A DNA stretch of 20,601 bases. It comes from a bacterium (lineage in GTDB: Bacteria > RBG-13-61-14 > DATKZS01). The stretch spans positions 1 to 20,601 of the forward strand of contig JAWOBU010000194.1 of assembly GCA_046484135.1 (NCBI GenBank). Reading direction: 5' to 3'. Both the position numbers and the translations under genes were made by a program. How positions within the stretch are numbered: position 1 is the stretch's first letter; each line of letters opens with the position of its first letter. Of this stretch, positions 1-8,708 are shown one piece after another. The notes below the pieces were generated by a model. It ran no database searches and was not told the origin of the DNA. It worked only from the letters and a program-made list of their open reading frames with translations.

Positions 1-13
1 TAAAGTGGAATTT

Positions 14-2366
<2,353 letters not shown>

Positions 2367-2376
2367 AAAAATTCTC

Positions 2377-2406
2377 TTGCTTTTAGGGGGGATCATGTTA
2401 TAAAAT
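2377..2406 (+). promoter_or_regulatory. Putative sigma70 promoter of tRNA-Val
   Basis: TTGCTT (2377-2382) followed by TGnTATAAA or TAAAAT (2396-2406), with an A-tract upstream, ending about 12 nt before the tRNA. Confidence 0.6.
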
Positions 2407-2418
2407 AGATAGTAGACA

Positions 2419-2493
2419 GGGCGCTTAACTCAGCGGGAGAGTGCCACCTTCACACGGTGGAAGTCGCAGGTTCAAATCCTGCAGCGCCCACCA
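2419..2493 (+). tRNA. tRNA-Val (anticodon CAC)
   Basis: Acceptor stem GGGCGCT/AGCGCCC, anticodon arm CCACC-TTCACAC-GGTGG (CAC at 2451-2453), T-arm GCAGG-TTCAAAT-CCTGC and an encoded 3' CCA. Confidence 0.97.
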
Positions 2494-2505
2494 TTCAAGG
2501 GACTT

Positions 2506-2536
2506 AAAGGGGGAACTTTAGAAATCCCCCTTTTTT
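2506..2536 (+). terminator. Intrinsic terminator after tRNA-Val
   Basis: AAAGGGGGA/TCCCCCTTT stem running into a T-tract. Confidence 0.75.
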
Positions 2537-2564
2537 AGATGTGGTCCCTGACAAAGGGGTACGG

Positions 2565-3605
2565 ATGATGGAGGTCAAGGAGCAGGACACTTTTCCTCTT
2601 GCGCTTTCGCGGGGGGAAATCTATTACTACCTGCAAAGCCGCCTGCCCCGCGACCATGAGGCACTGCTTGCAAAAGTGGACGCCATGCGGGAGGAGAGCA
2701 ATCTTGACCAGGTGGTTGCGGGCGGCGTTATCGTCATATCCACGGTTTGCGTTCGAAGCTGCGTTTACTGCTCCTTCCGGGCGCAGGAGGAGAGCGAGAG
2801 GTTCCGACTTGCGCGAAGCGAGATCATGTCCGCCGCCCAGAATGCCCGGGAAGCGGGCATAAAATGGATCGTGTTAAGAGGGGGGGACGATCCGGGCCTG
2901 ACCGCGGACCTTGCCGCGGAGCTGGTAAACGAGCTGGAGAGCAGGTTCGATTTTCACGTGTCCCTGGCGCTGGGGGAGAAAGAGGAGGGGACCTACGCTT
3001 ACTGGAAGGAAAAAGGGCTTAAGTCATACTGGCTCCGGCACGAGACCTGTGATCCTCATATCTACCGCCGGATCATGCCCGCCATGTACTGGGTGGACCG
3101 GCTCCGCACTTTGGAAAACATAAAAGCCAAAGGGCTGGCCCTGGCCAGCGGCATCCTGGTGGGCCTTCCCAACCAGAGCTACGAGGTCCTGGTGGACGAC
3201 CTGGTGCTGCTTTCCAACTCGAGGACCTTTGCCCTGGACATAGAACCCTACCGGCCGCCCGAACACGTGCCCGGCCACGACGTCATCAGCCGGCCGGAGA
3301 ACCAGATCATCATTCCCGACAGCCGGACCATGGAAAAAATCATCGCACTTGCCAGGATACTTAACCCGGACAACCTTATCGCCCTGTCCAATGTCCACGT
3401 AAAGCATTACCAGGCGCTCTCGGAAAACCGTCTTTTCCGGGCGGGAGCCAACGCCGTGTTTTTCGACTTTACCCCCGCGGACTTCAAAAAGATCGAAGGG
3501 ATGAGCCCGTTCGTGGGTTACGCCGCGGACAATGAGGACGTAGGCTCCGTCAAGTCCGCGCTTTCCGATATGGGCCTCGAGCTCGCCTTCAAAAAGCCGC
3601 TTTAA
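2565..3605 (+). CDS. Radical SAM protein, HydE/PylB/BioB-like, divergent
   Basis: CxxxCxxC (CVRSCVYC) plus HydE-like segments LALGE, YWLRHET, SGILVGLPNQ and AGANAV. Start placed at ATG 2565 (or 2568) after AAAGGGG. Confidence 0.8.
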   Translation: MMEVKEQDTFPLALSRGEIYYYLQSRLPRDHEALLAKVDAMREESNLDQVVAGGVIVISTVCVRSCVYCSFRAQEESERFRLARSEIMSAAQNAREAGIKWIVLRGGDDPGLTADLAAELVNELESRFDFHVSLALGEKEEGTYAYWKEKGLKSYWLRHETCDPHIYRRIMPAMYWVDRLRTLENIKAKGLALASGILVGLPNQSYEVLVDDLVLLSNSRTFALDIEPYRPPEHVPGHDVISRPENQIIIPDSRTMEKIIALARILNPDNLIALSNVHVKHYQALSENRLFRAGANAVFFDFTPADFKKIEGMSPFVGYAADNEDVGSVKSALSDMGLELAFKKPL

Positions 3606-3662
3606 GGGCCGCCGGCATAGAGCACTCGAGTCGAAGAAGGTATAAGGCAGTGGCAGGCAATC

Positions 3663-3833
3663 TCAGCAGATGGAAGCCCTGGTAAGGAAGTACATCCGGC
3701 TCATGTCTTCATTTTCAAAGCAGTCGAAGTTGTCGCAGAACTCGAAGTCGTAAAACTCGTTCTCCCCTAATTCGTCGGCGGCCTTCGTTTTTTCTTATCC
3801 ATCCTTTCCGCTGGTTTTTAGTTTCGGTGTCAT
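3663..3833 (-). pseudogene. Small acidic Cys/aromatic-rich ORF interrupted by an in-frame TAA
   Basis: AAGGGAGGT RBS with good spacing to ATG 3833. Translation: MTPKLKTSGKDG*EKTKAADELGENEFYDFEFCDNFDCFENEDMSRMYFLTRASIC*, with TAA at 3797-3795. Confidence 0.4.
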
Positions 3834-4031
3834 TTTCATGACCTCCCTTTCCTCTACATCGCCAGTGTCCTCCGTACACTCCCTGTTCTCACTCTTTAGA
3901 TGCCGCGCTTGAGAAGGCGAGTTCAAAAAGTGGCTCTCACTTTAAAAATTTTCATGCCGGCTCCGGAAATCTAAATCCCGCTCTTTTGGTTTTGAATCTA
4001 AACAGACAAAGCCGAAAGGAGGAAGTCAGTG

Positions 4032-5297
4032 ATGGCGATAGTACCTTTAGGCACGGACCAGAAGATCAAAGGCTTTCCTTATGTTACGAGCTCGATCATT
4101 CTAGCCAACACCTTGATCTGGTACAGTCTTTCCGGGTCCTGTTGAGCCGAGATCGCGGAGACGGTCGGTCTCTACGCATGGCATCTTTCGCCGCGGCAGG
4201 TCCCGGCGCTCATAAGTTACCAGTTCATCCACTTCCATCCTTACCATCTTTTATTCAACATGATCTTCCTTTGGACCTTCGGGGCTTCGCTGGAGCACCT
4301 GGTGGGCAGGTGGCGGTTCCTTTTTTATTACCTGGCGGGAGGCATAATCGGGGGGCTTTGCCAGAGCGTGGTTTTCTTTGTTTTCAATCCGTCGCTCGCG
4401 GACATCCCTCAGATCGGCGCTTCCGGGTCGGTGTCCGCAGTCATGGGCGTGTACCTGGTCCGCTGTTACTTCTCGAGGATCAAAACCGGGGTGAGCCTGT
4501 TCGGGCCGTTTTTTTTCATCCCGAAAAGGTTCCGGTTGAGCCCGGTGATCCTGGTGGGCTTTTACTTTCTCGCCGATCTGGTCCACGGGATCCAGTCCCT
4601 TGAGAGCTTTGTGCCGGTCGGGTACTTCGCCCACGTGGGCGGCATTCTTACGGGCGTGCTTCTGAGCCTGGGTTCGCGTCATCTCAAGGACGCCCACCTG
4701 GACAAGTACCTCAAGAGAAGCCAGGAGTGGATCGAGAAGGGGATAGGGCTTGGCCAGGCCCGGCAGGACCTGGAATGCATACTTGAGGAGCTGCCGGGAG
4801 ACACGCGGGCACTCACCCAGATGGCGCGGGTCGAGGCCAGCCTGGGCCGGCACGATTCTGCGCAGGGATACTACCGGAAAGCGATCGTGGGTTTATGGAG
4901 AGGAGGGAAGCGAGGGGACGCCGCCTATCTGTATGGGGAGTTTTTCCGCAGGTACCGGCAAGGTTTCAAAGGAGGTTTTCAGCTCAGCCTGTGTCGGGAG
5001 CTCATAAAGCGGGGCGATTATGAGACAGCCTCGCGTGGACTCGAGCTTCTTATCGAGAGCGCTCCTGCCGGAGCTTCCGGCCGGGAAGGCAAGGTGCTGG
5101 AGCAGGCCTACATCACCCAGGGACGGCTTCTCTCGGACAAGCTCGGACTTACCGAGCCGGCCATCCAGGTCTTCAACCGGTTTCTGGCCCGGTTCCCGTA
5201 TGCCGGCCAGCGGGAGATGGTCTCCCAGAAGATCGAGCTTCTGAAAAAGCGCTCCGAGCCGAAAGCCGCCCCGACCGGCGCCTATGCGCGGACCTGA
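4032..5297 (+). CDS. Rhomboid-family intramembrane serine protease with C-terminal TPR-like region; in-frame TGA at codon 38 (candidate selenocysteine)
   Basis: RBS AAAGGAGGA, then ATG 4032 in frame with ORF 4260-5297. N-terminus MAIVPLGTDQKIKGFPYVTSSIILANTLIW, HLLFNM, catalytic GASG and AHVGG. Single TGA at 4143-4145. Confidence 0.85.
4146..4182 (+). promoter_or_regulatory. Candidate bacterial SECIS element
   Basis: Hairpin GCG-GAGAC[GGTCG]GTCTC-TA-CGC with extra AT/AT and GCC/GGC pairing below it. The first loop G (4163) lies 18 nt after the TGA. Confidence 0.6.
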
Positions 5298-5361
5298 GGC
5301 TCTGCAAGCCGGTTTTTGTTGCTTTCGAGCTTTTTGCGAAAAATCCGGACACAGGGCGGGA

Positions 5362-5588
5362 GAGACCTCCCTGTCTGCGTGCGGAACGCACAGGCAGGCA
5401 GGTCTCGATTTTCGCGAGCAGGAGCTCGCTCCCACCACAAACACCTGCATTTATCCGGGATACTCCAATATCTCCCTCTCTTTCTTGCTTTGCGACTCCG
5501 CGCCTCTGCGTGAAATCCTCTCTCCCCGTAGCTTCCGCAGCGCCGTTTAGTTCAGCTCCCCTTCCCGTGCGAGCGACTTTAATCGCGA
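5362..5588. repeat. Cluster of palindromic, REP-like elements between convergent genes
   Basis: Long imperfect hairpin 5362-5406, GTGG-GA-GCGAGC-TCCT-GCTCGC on the minus strand at 5412-5435, CTTTGCGACTCCGCGCCTCTGCGTGAAA at 5488-5515, and degenerate GTGCGAGCGACTTTAATCGCGA at 5567-5588. Confidence 0.6.
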
Positions 5589-5624
5589 TCAAGCCTCCGA
5601 TCTCCCCGCAAGAATCGGAAACCT

Positions 5625-6896
5625 TTACCGAAGCCCTGGCCTCTTTCTCCGGCGCTTCCTCCTGATGTTCTCGCGGTAGAGCTCGGTCATGTGCCGGCAG
5701 GCCATGTCCCAACTGAAGTACTTTTCGATCCTCGCTCTTCCGGCCTCTCCCATTTTCCTCCGGAGCGGCTCGTTGTAAAGAATCCTTTGGATGGCCCGGG
5801 CCAGCGCGCGCGGGTCGCGGGCAGGCACCAGGAAGCCGGCCTCGCCGTTCTTCCCCACCACCTCAGGCAGGGCGCCCCCGGTGGTGCTGACCACCGGCAG
5901 GCCGCTGGACATGGCCTCGGAGGCGGGGAACCCGAAACCTTCATAAACCGACGGAACCACCCCTATCTGCGCCTCCCGGTACTTTCGTGCGACCTGTTCG
6001 GTGGGGATACCGCCGGTGCAATGGACCCGGCCTTGGAGGTTGTATCTTTTAGTGAGCTCCTCCATGTGGACCTGGCGGGGAGCGCCCCCGTCCACCACGG
6101 TGAGGGTAACCTCGCGGGGAAGGTATAAAAGGGCCTCGAGAAGGTAGCGGATGCCTTTCTTGCGGTCCTCGGTGTTGCCCACGAAGATAAGGCTCGCGGG
6201 CTTCTTCCGCACCGACGGGTCGGGCCGGAACATCTCCGTGTCCACCCCGTTGTACACGACCCGAACGCGGTCGCGGGGAACGTAAAAGGACCGGGCCACG
6301 CTGTCGGCCGCGGTCTCGCTCACGGTGATGATCTCGTCCATCCAGGGAGTCACCCGGCGGTTCATGTCAATGGGGTAGTAGGCGGTGCGCTTCAGCCGGT
6401 CGAAAAGGCGGGGAAGCTGTTGAAAGTCGGCCAGGCGGTCCTCGGAGAGCGGATGGTGGATGGTGGACACCACCGGCGCTCCCAGGGCCTTCATGAGTAT
6501 GAGCCCGTAGGCCAGGGTCTGGTTGTCGTGGATGATGTCGAAAGGCCGATCGTTCCACATCTTCCGGAGCAGATTATAGGCCCGCATGGAGAAGGCCATC
6601 ATCTCGGGAAAGAACCCGAATCGGGTGGCTGCGAACTCGTAGAAGTGGGAGGGCTGAAAAAGCGTAAAGAGCCGGTCTGGAGGAATGGAACGGTGGAAGA
6701 ACTTGCGGGTCGCGAACATGTTGTAGTCGGGCAGGCGATGCTGTACGCACCAGGGGGTGTCCCAGGTGTAGGGAGGGCCCTGCACCAGGTGGACCTCGTG
6801 GCCCTGCCGGGCCAGGAACTTGGAAAGATAGTATACGTACACGCCCTGCCCGCCGCAGTACATGTTGCCGCGGTAGCTTAAAAGACAAACCCTCAT
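5625..6896 (-). CDS. Glycosyltransferase family 4 (GT-B fold)
   Basis: N-terminal GGQGVYVYYLSKFLARQGHEVH, VYNGVD, RKKG, and the GT4 signature PSVYEGFGFPASEAMSSGLPVVST. Confidence 0.93.
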   Translation of the reverse strand: MRVCLLSYRGNMYCGGQGVYVYYLSKFLARQGHEVHLVQGPPYTWDTPWCVQHRLPDYNMFATRKFFHRSIPPDRLFTLFQPSHFYEFAATRFGFFPEMMAFSMRAYNLLRKMWNDRPFDIIHDNQTLAYGLILMKALGAPVVSTIHHPLSEDRLADFQQLPRLFDRLKRTAYYPIDMNRRVTPWMDEIITVSETAADSVARSFYVPRDRVRVVYNGVDTEMFRPDPSVRKKPASLIFVGNTEDRKKGIRYLLEALLYLPREVTLTVVDGGAPRQVHMEELTKRYNLQGRVHCTGGIPTEQVARKYREAQIGVVPSVYEGFGFPASEAMSSGLPVVSTTGGALPEVVGKNGEAGFLVPARDPRALARAIQRILYNEPLRRKMGEAGRARIEKYFSWDMACRHMTELYRENIRRKRRRKRPGLR

Positions 6897-7346
6897 GATC
6901 GCTCCCCGCTCCTTAAACTACTTGTCTATATTCTCTCTTACTTTCCCTTTGTCCACAAAGTTTTTTGTATAGAAGAGCCGGAGCGGGTTGGAGATCATTA
7001 TTTTGTGGCTGTTGTAATACGCCGGTTTGCCGTATTATCCCTTGCAGCCGTTCTGGAAAACCGAACAGAATAAGAATCATTACTCTTTAAGAAACTTTGC
7101 CATCGGGGGCCGGAGGTAAAACCCCTGATTTCATTGCAGGTTTCCTCAAGCCCGGACAGCGGGAAAAGAAAAATCACCGAGTCCCGGCTGAAAATTCAAA
7201 TTTTTTGAAACTTTTATCTCTCCCTGCGTATCTAAAAACCAGAATTCAGTTTTATGAATCTTGACAATAAAAAAAGCGGGAACCCCACCGCAAAGTAAGA
7301 TGTCATAAAACTGGACCCTGTAAAAAGCCAAGCCTTTTCATCACGT

Positions 7347-7380
7347 CAAAATCCTCCGGCCGCCCCGCCGGGGGATTTTG
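7347..7380. other. Strong 14-bp stem-loop in the divergent intergenic region
   Basis: CAAAATCCTCCGGC-cgcccc-GCCGGGGGATTTTG with one G-U pair. Confidence 0.6.
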
Positions 7381-7531
7381 GCTTTCGGGGGCCTGAAACT
7401 TTGCCCTTCCTTGCCGAGCTTCCCGAGCACAAACAAAATCCCTATTGGGCATTGTTTCGAATTGACAAAAGCAGAAATCCTCGCCCCTTCCACTGCCTTT
7501 TCCTGAAAACCGGGTGAACGATTCGGCTTTC

Positions 7532-7560
7532 TTGACACTAAACCAGGGTAGTGATAGCTT
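7532..7560 (+). promoter_or_regulatory. Putative sigma70 promoter of the nuoE/nuoF-like operon
   Basis: TTGACA (7532-7537), 17-nt spacer, TAGCTT (7555-7560) preceded by TGn (extended -10). Confidence 0.65.
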
Positions 7561-7692
7561 GAATACATTCCGTACCTCAGCTTGGGCAGTGCTTCGCGCA
7601 GTGCATGCCTTAATCCGCCGCGCTATGGCAGTTACGGTATTCCCAGGAGTTCATCCCGGGACCGGAAAAGAAGTAGGTCAAAGGGGGCAGTG

Positions 7693-8625
7693 ATGGATCA
7701 AGAGACATCCACCGGAACCAACTCACAAGCGGTTCTTGACAAGATGCAGGCGGAGTTTCCGCCTTCCAAGGACCAGCTCATACCCATGCTTCAGTTCGTG
7801 CAGGAGAGCCTTGGGTACCTGTCGCCGGAGTCCATGTTCGGCATCGCCGAGTACCTCAAGGTCCCGGCCAGCCACGTCTACGGGGTGGCCACCTTTTACG
7901 CCCAGTTCCGGTTCCAGCCGCTCGGCAAGAACCGGATCACCGTCTGCCGCGGCACCGCCTGCCACGTGCGCGGCGGCTCCAGCGTACTGAACGAGATACA
8001 AAAGCAGCTCAGCATCGGGCCGGGCGAGACCACCGACGACCTCATGTTCTCGCTCGAGACCGTGGCCTGCGTGGGATCATGCGCGCTCGCGCCGGTGGTG
8101 GTCGTGAACAAAAGGGTCTACGGAAAAGTGACCTCCAAGCGGATAGCCGAGATAATTCAGCAGCTAAAAACCGGCAAGTCTCCCGAGGAGCTGAAGGCAG
8201 AAGAGGAAGAAGAAAAGAAAAAAGAAAAAGCGGCAAAGAAAGAGGAAAAAGAAAAACCCGCGGAGGCGCCGGAAGAGAAGGAAGAGGCGCCGGAAAAAAC
8301 CAGGCCGCGCAAAAAGGCGGCCAAAAAAGCCGCTGCCAAAACCAGGAAAGCCGCCGGCAAGAAGAAAGCAGGGAAAAAAGCTGCCAAGAAAGCAGGAGCC
8401 AAAAAAGCCAAGAAAACAACCAAGAAGAAAGCGGCAGGCAAAAAGAAAGCTGTAAAAAAGGCGGCCAAGAAAACCGCCAAAAAGGCGGTTAAAAAGAAGA
8501 CCGCGGCTAAAAAGAAGTCCGTAAAGAAAGCAGCCAAGAAGACGGCCAAAAAAGCGGCCGGCAAAAAGTCCGCTAAAAAGACGGGCAAGAAGACAGTCAA
8601 AAAGGCCGGCCGGAAAAAAAGATAA
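7693..8625 (+). CDS. NuoE/HydC-family [2Fe-2S] subunit with a histone-H1-like Lys/Ala C-terminal tail
   Basis: GVATFYAQF, CRGTACHVRG and ACVGSCALAP give the four 2Fe-2S cysteines. ATG 7693 follows AAGGGGG. The tail consists of KKAAKK-type repeats. Confidence 0.92.
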   Translation: MDQETSTGTNSQAVLDKMQAEFPPSKDQLIPMLQFVQESLGYLSPESMFGIAEYLKVPASHVYGVATFYAQFRFQPLGKNRITVCRGTACHVRGGSSVLNEIQKQLSIGPGETTDDLMFSLETVACVGSCALAPVVVVNKRVYGKVTSKRIAEIIQQLKTGKSPEELKAEEEEEKKKEKAAKKEEKEKPAEAPEEKEEAPEKTRPRKKAAKKAAAKTRKAAGKKKAGKKAAKKAGAKKAKKTTKKKAAGKKKAVKKAAKKTAKKAVKKKTAAKKKSVKKAAKKTAKKAAGKKSAKKTGKKTVKKAGRKKR

Positions 8626-8708
8626 CCTCGCGGCCCGCCGCCCTGTGCTTAAATCCGCCGTCCCTGCTGAGTTGAAACAGGGACGGGAAAAGTTATGAGG
8701 GAGTTGAT

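Noticed and set aside
2460..2493. tRNA-Val 3' end as a genomic-island attachment site
   Set aside because: I saw no duplicated tRNA 3' fragment and no integrase in the window.
3620..3668. Second Cys-TGA, ending the small minus-strand ORF (read-through would give C-U-D-C)
   Set aside because: No SECIS-like hairpin follows, and read-through would run antisense into the radical SAM gene.
3986..4603. 205-aa ORF suggesting a frameshifted rhomboid N-terminus
   Set aside because: No rhomboid motifs. The real N-terminus is in the same frame as 4260-5297 and is separated by a TGA, not a frameshift.
7250..7468. Rex- or CRP/FNR-like operators around the TTGACAA motifs
   Set aside because: Only one half-site matches in each case, and the partner half-site and spacing do not fit.
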